Assembly (NCBI GenBank): GCA_902517425.1
Contig: CABYCI010000002.1
Location: 1-60,824 of the forward strand
Source: an uncultured SAR86 cluster bacterium
Lineage (GTDB): Bacteria; Pseudomonadota; Gammaproteobacteria; Magnimaribacterales; D2472
Length of the DNA stretch: 60,824 nt
Direction: 5' to 3'
The position numbers and the translations under genes are program-made. Shown here piece after piece: positions 9,444 through 18,693 of the stretch; within the stretch, counting starts at the first letter, position 1, and every line of letters starts with the position of its first letter. The notes beneath the pieces are model-generated. The model saw nothing but the letters and a program-made list of their open reading frames with translations, had not been told where the DNA came from and made no database searches.

Positions 9444-9684
9444 AGTTAGTTAATATAAATTGCAAAATAAACAAGCCTGGTACCCCAGCAGATTTCCCCC
9501 TAAGGAAGTTTAGCCATATTTATAGACCAGCAATTTCTTTAAATCGGTCTTAGAATAATCATAACATCTTAAAATAATGATGCAATATAGGTATAAATTA
9601 TGGATATAATTGATAATATGATTTAGTTATACCTAGATAATATATTTTAATTATGGTTCACTAGATAAAAATTTCAATCTGCAA

Positions 9685-11175
9685 ATGAATAATATAAGCA
9701 AGCCAAGATTTATAAGTTCAGTACTTTTAATACTGAGTATAACAATTATAGTTTCTCTTAATTCAGCAGTATCAAAAGAGTTTTTTCTTGATTTACAATC
9801 CTTCCTATCAAAATATCTTGGCTGGATGATCATATTGCTAGCTAATGGGTTTCTTATCTTTTCTATCTTTTTAGTCTTTACAAAATACAAAGATATTAGA
9901 CTAGGTGGCTCTAATGCAAAACCTACATATTCATATATAAACTGGATAGCTATGTTATTCAGCGCTGGCCTTGGAATTGGTCTTTTGTTTTATGGTGTTG
10001 CTGAGCCAGTAATGCATTTATCTTCATATCCAGGAATGGTTGAAGGTGATACATCATTTAATGCCGGAAAAGCTATTGGATTAGCTAATCTTCATTGGGG
10101 ACTTCATGGCTGGGCTATTTATTCTTCATTGGGCTTATGCTTTGCTTTTGCAACCTATAATAAAAATCTTCCTTTTAGAGTAAGTTCTCTTTTAGGATCA
10201 AGAGTTGCAAATAATAAACCACTAGCAATCACAATAGATATTATTGCAATTATTACAACTGTTTTTGGAGTAACAACATCTCTTGGCTTGGGTACAGAAC
10301 AAATTAGTGCAGGCATTAGTCATATATTTTTAATTGAAGAAACCTTTTTTAATAAAATTATTATTATCACTGTTATTACTTTAATTGGACTTGTAAGTGT
10401 CTCGCTTGGATTGGATTCTGGAATAAAAAAACTTTCACAAATAAATATGATATTAGCTATTTGTCTATTATCATTTGTGTTCTTTTTCGGGCCAACAGTA
10501 TTTATTCTAAATGCCCTCATACAAAACTTTGGTGCATACGTTAATACTTTAATTGAATCTGCTACATGGACAGAGGTTTATGATGGTTCGTCATGGCAAA
10601 ATGGTTGGACTTTGTTTTATTATTCTTGGTGGTTTGCTTGGGCTCCATTTGTATCACTATTTATTGCAAGAATTTCTTATGGGAGATCTATCAAAGAATT
10701 TATCACCGGTGTTTTATTTGTGCCATCGATAATAGTATTTCTATGGATGGGCATTTTTGGTAATGCAGCTATATATCAAGTCATTAACGAAACTAGTCAA
10801 ATAGCTCAGGTGGTTAATAATAATTTTGATGTTGCATTATTTTCTTTGTTTGAGGTTTACCCTCTGACAAAGTTTATTTCTATTGTGTCTCTAATTTTAA
10901 TTGTTACTTTTTTTGTAACATCTTCTGATTCTGGAGCTTTGGTGGCTTCAATGCTTTCATCAAAAAATCAAACAAACATTAATGATGACTCGCCTATTCT
11001 ATCAAGAGCTACGTGGGCAATTTTACTTGGTATTTTAGCTGGTGTTCTTTTATATGCAGGCGGACTTCAAGCTTTACAAACATCGGTTGTAATTACCGGA
11101 GTACCTTTTGCAATTATTGTAGTTTTTGCTTGCAGAAAGTTCTACAAGTCATTAGATAAAGAACTTAATAAATAA
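9685..11175 (+). CDS. BCCT-family (betaine/carnitine/choline-type) transporter
   Basis: 496 aa, polytopic. Contains the classic BCCT signature WTLFYYSWWFAWAPFVSLFIARISYGRSIKEF. Confidence 0.9.
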   Translation: MNNISKPRFISSVLLILSITIIVSLNSAVSKEFFLDLQSFLSKYLGWMIILLANGFLIFSIFLVFTKYKDIRLGGSNAKPTYSYINWIAMLFSAGLGIGLLFYGVAEPVMHLSSYPGMVEGDTSFNAGKAIGLANLHWGLHGWAIYSSLGLCFAFATYNKNLPFRVSSLLGSRVANNKPLAITIDIIAIITTVFGVTTSLGLGTEQISAGISHIFLIEETFFNKIIIITVITLIGLVSVSLGLDSGIKKLSQINMILAICLLSFVFFFGPTVFILNALIQNFGAYVNTLIESATWTEVYDGSSWQNGWTLFYYSWWFAWAPFVSLFIARISYGRSIKEFITGVLFVPSIIVFLWMGIFGNAAIYQVINETSQIAQVVNNNFDVALFSLFEVYPLTKFISIVSLILIVTFFVTSSDSGALVASMLSSKNQTNINDDSPILSRATWAILLGILAGVLLYAGGLQALQTSVVITGVPFAIIVVFACRKFYKSLDKELNK

Positions 11176-11325
11176 TTAATGGATTTCTTCGTCTATATTC
11201 TTTAATTCTTCTTCATCCATCTCATCTTCATAGACAAGATTGTTATTTTTTTTATTAATAAATTTTTTAGAAATAATTATTGCAGCAACAATAAATATTA
11301 ATATTATTCCAATTTGGTATAGCAT
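11176..11325 (-). CDS. candidate micro-protein, 49 aa, single N-terminal TM plus acidic tail
   Basis: Below the ORF-track cut-off. Reads MLYQIGIILIFIVAAIIISKKFINKKNNNLVYEDEMDEEELKNIDEEIH. It fills most of an otherwise empty 205-nt spacer. No clear SD. Confidence 0.25.
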   Translation of the reverse strand: MLYQIGIILIFIVAAIIISKKFINKKNNNLVYEDEMDEEELKNIDEEIH

Positions 11326-11380
11326 AAATTCGATATATAATACGTTTTGTTTATCTTAACCCTTTTATAAAAACATAGAA

Positions 11381-11932
11381 ATGGATGCAATAAAAAATAT
11401 CACTAACCGAGTATCAGCAAGAGAGCTTGCTAAGCCTTATCCATCACAAGAGGAAATGGCTATTATTTATAAAGGTGCCTTAAGAGCTCCTGATCATGCC
11501 TGGTTGAGACCAAGTAGCTTTATTGAAGTGAAAGATGATGGGTTAGATAAACTTTCAGATATATTTTATGAATATGCCTTATCTCAATCAGAGATATCGA
11601 GTGAGGTTATAGAAAAATATAAAAATGCTCCTTACAGAGCGCCTATGATAATAATCCTTGTAAGCGCATATAAAGAACATCCTAAAGTTCCATCCATAGA
11701 ACAAAAGCTTTCAACTGCAACAGCTGCCCAAAATATAATACTTGCATTAAATGCTATGAAATATTCATCGATATGGAGAACAGGTAAGTTAGCATTTAAT
11801 AAAAGTATTCAAAAAGCACTGGGCCTTAATGATAATCAAGAAATACTTGGATATTTATATATTGGGACAGAGGTTGGTAAAACTAAGAAGATTCCAGAAC
11901 TAGATATAGATAATTTTGTAAGCTATTTATAA
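11381..11932 (+). CDS. nitroreductase-family protein (YdjA-like)
   Basis: 183 aa. RVSARELAKPYPSQEEM..I..GALRAPDHAWLRP is typical of small NAD(P)H nitroreductases. Confidence 0.8.
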   Translation: MDAIKNITNRVSARELAKPYPSQEEMAIIYKGALRAPDHAWLRPSSFIEVKDDGLDKLSDIFYEYALSQSEISSEVIEKYKNAPYRAPMIIILVSAYKEHPKVPSIEQKLSTATAAQNIILALNAMKYSSIWRTGKLAFNKSIQKALGLNDNQEILGYLYIGTEVGKTKKIPELDIDNFVSYL

Positions 11933-12300
11933 TCATTAGATTTATACAATATAGCTGATATAAATGCCATTGATGCAAAAATAACTTCAGATACCAAAGA
12001 TGAAAATGCTATAGGAGCATCATGGTTTGTTGCTAAAACATTAAATATTGCAGCTAATAAATATACAAGACCGGCACATGATATCCATTGATACTGTTTT
12101 GTAAAAAAAGATGCATAGCACATAAGAGATGTCGAAAGAAAAAGCGCAGTAAAATCTCTAATTTGAGTATTTCTTCCATCTCCCTCAAGAAAAGTCATGC
12201 TCAATGATTCAGCAGCCGTTTGTGGAGTAAAAATCCATTGAGCTGCAATTAAAATTAAAACTGTTCCAAGCAAAATTGATAATATATTTGCAATTTTCAT
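11923..12300 (-). CDS. small 4-TM membrane protein (DUF4345-like)
   Basis: 125 aa. Last gene of the TBDR2 string, overlapping the upstream gene by 4 nt. The N-terminal pattern ...LLGTVLILIAAQWIFTPQTAAESL... resembles DUF4345. Confidence 0.45.
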   Translation of the reverse strand: MKIANILSILLGTVLILIAAQWIFTPQTAAESLSMTFLEGDGRNTQIRDFTALFLSTSLMCYASFFTKQYQWISCAGLVYLLAAIFNVLATNHDAPIAFSSLVSEVIFASMAFISAILYKSNDYK

Positions 12301-12995
12301 AGTTGAATTTTTGTAGTATTAATAATTTGATTATGGATTATTTCATTATCTTTGCAACTCACATCATGCGAATCGTTACCAGCCCCAAAACTTACGATAA
12401 ATTTTGGTAAGTCATCAATCATATGAAGAGCACAAAATCCCTCAATTGCATAACATTTATCAATAATATTCTTTTCAAGAATTTCTTTTACATACGGTAT
12501 TCTTTCCGGCTCCTCATCATAATGTGGACAACAATTCCCATTTACAAATCCAAGACAAGGTAGAACAGCTTGATAATCTTTCCACGAATCCGTTATTCCA
12601 TTTTTGAACCAACAAATAGCTCCTGCACTAACCCCACTCATTATAGTTCCACTCTTGTAGGCATCTTTTAATAACATATCAAGACCCCATTCTTTCCAAA
12701 CAGCCAACATGCTTTTAGTATTGCCCCCACCTACAAATATAATGTCTTGTTTAAAGATATGTTTTTCTAAATTAATAGTTCTCTTAAAAAAGTCTATGTG
12801 CGATGTATTACAACCTAGAGAATCAAAAGCTTTATAAAAATTCTTTATATAACCATCGTCATCGCCAGTTGCAGTTGGAATGAAACAAATGGACGGATTA
12901 TCTTTTGAACACTGTTCAACAATATATTTCTCTATTTTTAAATCTTTTATTTCTCTTCCAAAGCCACCTCCACCGATTGCAATAATTTGTCTCAT
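12297..12995 (-). CDS. peptidase S51 family (dipeptidase E-like)
   Basis: 232 aa. Contains IIAIGGGGF, IIFVGGGNT and the nucleophile motif MSGVSAGAICWF. Confidence 0.8.
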   Translation of the reverse strand: MRQIIAIGGGGFGREIKDLKIEKYIVEQCSKDNPSICFIPTATGDDDGYIKNFYKAFDSLGCNTSHIDFFKRTINLEKHIFKQDIIFVGGGNTKSMLAVWKEWGLDMLLKDAYKSGTIMSGVSAGAICWFKNGITDSWKDYQAVLPCLGFVNGNCCPHYDEEPERIPYVKEILEKNIIDKCYAIEGFCALHMIDDLPKFIVSFGAGNDSHDVSCKDNEIIHNQIINTTKIQL

Positions 12996-13002
12996 CTAAT
13001 TT

Positions 13003-14589
13003 TTACTCCATTTTTAATGTTTCTTTAAGAGGATCTAACCATTTATTAAAATATTCCCACTGACCAACACCTTTTTTATAAATTGGCTGTCGAACTTGTT
13101 CAGAACTTGGTGTTCTTACAGTTCTCTTTGTTTTATAAAAACTTAAACAATTTTCCTCAAAATCTAATTGACAATATTCAAGAAGTTTTTTAATTTCTGT
13201 TTCCGTATTTTCAACCATATCCTCGTATACAACTCGATGGACTTTATTAGGAAGTACATTATCCCAATGCTCCATTATTTTTAAATAATCAAGATAGTAA
13301 TTCCCAATTCTATTTTGAGAGTATGTAAATCCTTGGCCAGAACCAAATAACTGTTTGTAACAACTAAAACAACAATCCATAGGGTTTCTTCTTGCATCAA
13401 TTATCTTGGCATTTGGAAGTATTAGGTGAATAAGTCCTATATGTGTAAAATTATTAGGCATTTTATCAATGAAGTAAGGCTTGTCTGTAACTCTTTGATC
13501 AAGAGTATTTCTTATGTATGCTGCGCCCATTTCCTTAAATTCAGAATTACTCATATTTTTAAGAGCTGTTGGATACTCAGATTTACTGTTTGAACTTTTC
13601 TTGTTAGCGATCTTCCTTGATAGTGCAATGATATTTTGCAACTCAGTGGTTCCTTCAACCAAAGAGTGAGATGATAATATTTGTTCAATTAATGTGGAGC
13701 CAGATCTTGGAAGTCCAACAACAAAAATAGGATCGCTATTTTTGTCACCAACACCTTGAAATTTTTTAATCAAGTTGTCATTAAAAAATTCAATGATTTC
13801 ATCACATTCTAAGCTAAACCCTTTGGCATCCCATGGAACTTGTTTACTTCTTACAGTATTACCTTTTACATATGCAGCCATCGAAGACTCAAAGTTATTT
13901 TTATCTTCCTCAGCCTTCCCAAGGGCAAATAATAAATGATAGTAGTCATCTATTTTGCAATCTTTATTATTTAATAGTAGTTGAATTTCGTTTATGTCAT
14001 TTTCTGTAAAATCAAAAGTTTTTAGATTTGCTAAACTCCAATAAGCTTCGCCATAACCAACTTTTGTAGAAATTGCATTCTTATATGATTCAATTGCTTC
14101 ATCCAATCTTCCAACAGCACGAAGAGTATGACCGTAGCTTAAGTGCAATTGATTGTTTGCTACTTTTTTATCTTTAATGATAAGTTCAAAAATTTCTAAT
14201 GCATCATCATGTTGATTGGCTAATGCAAGGTTTACAGCTTTGAGTGTTAAATATTGAATATTATTTTTTTCTTTTTTCAATAAAATTGAAATCTGTTCTA
14301 ATGCCTCAAATGGAAGCTGCCGCTTATATAATAAATTTGCATAACTAAGTCTAGCTTGATCATAGTCTGGTGATAAATCTAAAGCTCTGACTAATAAATA
14401 TCCAGCATCTTTATAGGCTCTAAATTTAATACCAATGTCAGCTAACAATTTCATAGCATTAACATCAAGAGGATTATTTTTTAAATAATCTCTTAGAATA
14501 GGTTCTGCTTTTTTAAGTTTATCCTCTGCTATTAATTCAGCTGCTTTGATTAACTCAGTTGGGATATTATCTTTAGTATATTGTTTCAA
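13003..14589 (-). CDS. TPR-repeat sulfotransferase (paralogue of 4834..6783)
   Basis: 528 aa, TTG start, no signal peptide. Contains GLPRSGSTLIEQ, DKMPNNFTHIGLIHLILPNAKIIDARRNPMDCCFSCYKQLF and SSEQVRQPIY. The C-terminal half is near-collinear with the first sulfotransferase. Confidence 0.85.
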   Translation of the reverse strand: MKQYTKDNIPTELIKAAELIAEDKLKKAEPILRDYLKNNPLDVNAMKLLADIGIKFRAYKDAGYLLVRALDLSPDYDQARLSYANLLYKRQLPFEALEQISILLKKEKNNIQYLTLKAVNLALANQHDDALEIFELIIKDKKVANNQLHLSYGHTLRAVGRLDEAIESYKNAISTKVGYGEAYWSLANLKTFDFTENDINEIQLLLNNKDCKIDDYYHLLFALGKAEEDKNNFESSMAAYVKGNTVRSKQVPWDAKGFSLECDEIIEFFNDNLIKKFQGVGDKNSDPIFVVGLPRSGSTLIEQILSSHSLVEGTTELQNIIALSRKIANKKSSNSKSEYPTALKNMSNSEFKEMGAAYIRNTLDQRVTDKPYFIDKMPNNFTHIGLIHLILPNAKIIDARRNPMDCCFSCYKQLFGSGQGFTYSQNRIGNYYLDYLKIMEHWDNVLPNKVHRVVYEDMVENTETEIKKLLEYCQLDFEENCLSFYKTKRTVRTPSSEQVRQPIYKKGVGQWEYFNKWLDPLKETLKME

Positions 14590-14600
14590 TTATCTTAAAT

Positions 14601-14630
14601 AAAAAAGGCCGTATTAATAATACAGCCTTT
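14601..14630 (-). terminator. hairpin plus U-tract after TBDR2
   Basis: Plus strand reads aaaaaaGGCCGTAT-taata-ATACAGCCttt (one mismatch). On the minus strand it is followed by TTTTTT. It ends 11 nt before the TTG start of the sulfotransferase. Confidence 0.6.
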
Positions 14631-14650
14631 AATAGATTTAAATTTAACTA

Positions 14651-16918
14651 TTAATTAAGTTTCCAGCTATATTTGACACCAAATGTAGTAGGTCTGTTAA
14701 CGGTAGTTAATCTTTGTATATCTTCACTATTTATATAAAGTTCAGCAACTTCATCAAAAATGTTATCCATATATATCTGCACAGATGCATTTTCGCCAAA
14801 TGTTGTTGTGAAAGAAATATTTGCAATCCCATAAGAGTCTTGCATTTCTCTATCATCGTAGAATAAATCATTCCACATCTCATCAACAAAAACATAATTG
14901 AATTGAATATTAGATGTATCAGACGTATCTACATTTACAGTCACGTTATATTTAGTATCGGGAGTAAAAGGAAGATCTTGACCATTACGCGCCTCAACAG
15001 CCCCTCTTAAAACATAATCTTCTTTCAATTTAGCCTCATTATTGGCATAGCCGAAAGAAACAGTAGTTGTATCATTAACAATATATTTAGCATCAAGCTC
15101 AAAACCATTACTATTTGCTTTACCAATGTTATCAACTAATCCTAGCAGAGAAATAGATGAATCAAACCAACCCAGTTGGATATCATCCCAATCCATTTGA
15201 TACATAGCACCGTTAAGTCTAAGTCTCCCATTCATTGATATAGATTTAAAACCGAATTCTGTGCTGGTTAAGAAGTCAGCATCATAAGTGGCTCCAAGTT
15301 GTGTGGTTCTATTTGCACCCCCTGGTCTATAACCTTCTGATCTTGTTATATAGATCATGGAGTTATTATCAATTTGATAAGCTAGATTAACCTTAGAAAT
15401 ACTGTCACTTCCATCGTAAACGGAGTTAACATTATCCTCTCTGGTAGTACTACCTAAAATAAAATTAGGCCAAAATACTGTTCCTACGAAACCTTTCAGA
15501 GTTGTTTCATTGTCAAACTTTCTATGACCTAATGTTAATTCTAGATTGTCATTAATTTGATAATAAACTTCACCAAATACAGCAGATTCTTCTTCAACTC
15601 TAACTTGATCAGTTTGATAATACAAGTCTGTTGAACCAGGAACAGCTGCCTCAGGATTCATAGCAGGTACATGCCATTGTGAATTATATTGAGTTACATT
15701 TTCAGTTTGAAATGCTCCAATGATCCAATTAAATTTATCACCAACTTTTGAAGAAAGTCTAATCTCCGTAGTGTCATATTCTTGATGAGTGTCATTTTCA
15801 AATTGAATACTAGGATCAACGCATGGTCCAAAGTAATATTCGTAGCATGTGTAATATCCTTCAACATAACCATCTATTGAATAATGCGAATAGTCACTTA
15901 ATACTTCAAAATCTCTTTCGAGGCTAGAAGTTGTAAATGTTAAGTCAGCAAAACCAAGATCACCTGTTAAAGTAGTTGAAAATCTTGTCCAATCATCATG
16001 TGATTTATCATCATAAAATCTGCTTACGTTATATGTTCCAAGATCATCAGGGTTATGGTCCCATACACCATTTGTTGAAGTTTCTTGACCCATTGTATTT
16101 ACATCAAGTTTCCAGTTTTCATTTAAATCAACTCTTAATGCAGCTCTATAACCATCTTTAACGGCATCATTAAAATTTTGATCTACAAAAAGCTCATTTG
16201 ATCTTGTGATACCACTAACAGGATATGTGATTGTATCTTTAACAGAATCAATAAAACCTCCATCTCTATCGTTATAGCCAACAAATCTTAAGGCAACATT
16301 ATTTGATAAAGGAATATTTACAAAACCTTCAACCATAGTGCTTCCATCTCCACCTCTTGTTGATTCAGCGCTTAAGTTATAACCTGCATCAAATTCACTA
16401 GAAGGTTTTTTTGTAATAATTTTAAGATTACCAGCCTGGGAAGCGGCACCGTAGAGTGTTCCTTGGGGTCCTGTTAGAGATTCAACTCTTTCAATGTCAT
16501 AAACATGTATATCTAGATTATCACCTATCATAGTTACAGGTGATTCATCTAAGTATATAGCTACAGCTGGGCCTTGAAGAGATTGGTTGGAATTTCCTCC
16601 ATCAGAAATACCTCTCATAAATATTTGGCCTTGACCCGGTCTTCTTTGAACAGCAGATGCTGCTGGAAGTTGAAGAACATAGTCTGCAAAGTCTTTGATG
16701 TTTAAATTTTCTAATTCATCTGATGACAAAGTAGTAACACTAATCGGTACGTTTTGAAGATTTTCTGATTTTTTCTGAGCGGTAACAATTACCTCTTCAA
16801 TCGCTAAATCATCTTGCGCAATAGCATTCGAGCTCACAAGAACAGCAGAAGCAATTGCAGTTGCTTTAGTTGTCTTTATAACTGCATTATGTACCTTTTC
16901 GGCGTGAAATATATTCAT
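14651..16918 (-). CDS. TonB-dependent receptor (TBDR2, paralogue of TBDR1)
   Basis: 755 aa. Signal peptide ...SNAIAQDD, TonB box IEEVIVTA, plug motifs IFMRGIS and ERVESLTGPQGTLYGAASQAG, and C-terminal ...YSWKLN. Confidence 0.9.
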   Translation of the reverse strand: MNIFHAEKVHNAVIKTTKATAIASAVLVSSNAIAQDDLAIEEVIVTAQKKSENLQNVPISVTTLSSDELENLNIKDFADYVLQLPAASAVQRRPGQGQIFMRGISDGGNSNQSLQGPAVAIYLDESPVTMIGDNLDIHVYDIERVESLTGPQGTLYGAASQAGNLKIITKKPSSEFDAGYNLSAESTRGGDGSTMVEGFVNIPLSNNVALRFVGYNDRDGGFIDSVKDTITYPVSGITRSNELFVDQNFNDAVKDGYRAALRVDLNENWKLDVNTMGQETSTNGVWDHNPDDLGTYNVSRFYDDKSHDDWTRFSTTLTGDLGFADLTFTTSSLERDFEVLSDYSHYSIDGYVEGYYTCYEYYFGPCVDPSIQFENDTHQEYDTTEIRLSSKVGDKFNWIIGAFQTENVTQYNSQWHVPAMNPEAAVPGSTDLYYQTDQVRVEEESAVFGEVYYQINDNLELTLGHRKFDNETTLKGFVGTVFWPNFILGSTTREDNVNSVYDGSDSISKVNLAYQIDNNSMIYITRSEGYRPGGANRTTQLGATYDADFLTSTEFGFKSISMNGRLRLNGAMYQMDWDDIQLGWFDSSISLLGLVDNIGKANSNGFELDAKYIVNDTTTVSFGYANNEAKLKEDYVLRGAVEARNGQDLPFTPDTKYNVTVNVDTSDTSNIQFNYVFVDEMWNDLFYDDREMQDSYGIANISFTTTFGENASVQIYMDNIFDEVAELYINSEDIQRLTTVNRPTTFGVKYSWKLN

Positions 16919-16996
16919 TTTTTTCCCCTATTTTTAAAATACTTATAAAAAATATACAATAAAATCAAATTATAGTAAATTTTTATTACACACATT

Positions 16997-18691
16997 ATGT
17001 ATACATTAATATCTAAATTCTCGATTTTATTAATAATTTTAGTCTCTTGCTCTAAGAATGAGGTGGATTCTTTCTTACCTTTAAATAAGTCTTGGATTGT
17101 GGATACAGATGAGGCTATGTCATGGTCTATGGTTAAAAGTAATAATCTACCTACTCTTACAGGGTCTCAAGAATGGTTAAACTACATGAATTTTCTTGAA
17201 AAAGAATTTATTAATTATGGTGTGGTTGATTTATACAAAAATACATGGGAATTTGATAAATGGAATATATCTGAAGATCCTTCAAATTGGACCCTTTCAG
17301 TAGAAGGAAAGGATATAAGAGTTGCTTATTATGGAGCATATTCTGGTAAAACAGATCTTGAAGGAATATCGGCTGAAATGATTTATTATGATCATGATAA
17401 TCCGCCAAAGGATATAAAAGATAAAATTGTAATTATTCCAACAAGAAAGCATCCTAATAAGCCCTATAGTAGTAATTACTTAACTAATTATACTTACAAT
17501 GAATACGAATATGTTTTAGATGGTGATACTCTGCCAAAATCATTTGAGTATGTTGATCCTGAAACTTCTTTTACTTTTGATATTTGGTATCAACTTGCAC
17601 AAAGATTAGATCAAATTCCAGAGGATGGAGAAGCTGCTGGAGCTGTTATTGTTTATGACATGGCATATGACAGAACTAAGGGTCTATATACATTTCCGGT
17701 ACCTGATCATTATGAATCTCCAACATTAATTCTTTCAAGAGAAGATGGTAATGAAGTAATTCAAGCAGCTAAAGAAAGTAAAAATGCGACAATTGTTTTA
17801 AACAGCAATGTTGAGAAAACTGAAGCATATCAGTTAATAGGCTACTTACCAGGAAAGCACTATGGGACTGAAAAAGATGAACAAATTATATTAACAAATC
17901 ATACTGACGGGCCTTCAATTACCCAAGATAATGGAGCGCTGGGAATATTAGGTATTATTAAATATTTTTCTAATATTCCACAAGAACAGCGAGACAGAAC
18001 ATTACTAATTTATCTTGATTGTAGACACTATATGCCTGGAATGGAACAAGCTCATAAAGATGTTTCATGGTTGAAAAAGAACCCTGATTTAAAAAATAAA
18101 GTGGTTGGGTTGATTCAGGCTGAACACTTGGGTGAAATGGACTATAAAGAATTAAATGGAGAAGTAATAGCAACTGGATATGCAGAACAATCATATTTAT
18201 GGACAAGAAATAATGATTATTTGGTTGAGGCTGCTAAGAAAGCTCTTGATAGATATGGCTGGTCAAGAGGCATGTTATCTGTTCCCGAACGACCCGGTCC
18301 AAATGGAAATATTCAACAGGTCTGGTGGGGAGTAGGAATAATTGCTCTAGCTAATGAGCTCAGAAATAATGACCAATGTAATGAATATTCTTGCGATGAG
18401 GATAAAACATCACAAAACCCATTAGTATGGGATGGGTCAAGTTGTGAGGTATGGACATGTTTAAATGTGCCTGCATATGGTCAAGGAGGTTTTTTAGGAT
18501 ACTATTGGAATAAATATTCTGACATTAGTAAATGGAACTCGGAATTATTTATTCAACAAACTTCAACCTTAATAGATTTAACAGGAGTTTTAATGTACAG
18601 CGACTTAGAGACAATTAAACCTATCCTTTCTGATCAAAGTTTTAGAAATGCTGACATGAGTCTTGCTGCACCAATAGATATAACAAATTAA
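16997..18691 (+). CDS. lipoprotein, PA-domain / M28-peptidase-like (putative)
   Basis: 564 aa with lipobox LIILVSC|S. ILTNHTDGPSITQDNGALGILG and LIQAEHLGE resemble M28 metal-ligand blocks (HxD ... D ... E), but by eye they are not canonical. Divergent from TBDR2. Confidence 0.4.
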   Translation: MYTLISKFSILLIILVSCSKNEVDSFLPLNKSWIVDTDEAMSWSMVKSNNLPTLTGSQEWLNYMNFLEKEFINYGVVDLYKNTWEFDKWNISEDPSNWTLSVEGKDIRVAYYGAYSGKTDLEGISAEMIYYDHDNPPKDIKDKIVIIPTRKHPNKPYSSNYLTNYTYNEYEYVLDGDTLPKSFEYVDPETSFTFDIWYQLAQRLDQIPEDGEAAGAVIVYDMAYDRTKGLYTFPVPDHYESPTLILSREDGNEVIQAAKESKNATIVLNSNVEKTEAYQLIGYLPGKHYGTEKDEQIILTNHTDGPSITQDNGALGILGIIKYFSNIPQEQRDRTLLIYLDCRHYMPGMEQAHKDVSWLKKNPDLKNKVVGLIQAEHLGEMDYKELNGEVIATGYAEQSYLWTRNNDYLVEAAKKALDRYGWSRGMLSVPERPGPNGNIQQVWWGVGIIALANELRNNDQCNEYSCDEDKTSQNPLVWDGSSCEVWTCLNVPAYGQGGFLGYYWNKYSDISKWNSELFIQQTSTLIDLTGVLMYSDLETIKPILSDQSFRNADMSLAAPIDITN

Positions 18692-18693
18692 TA

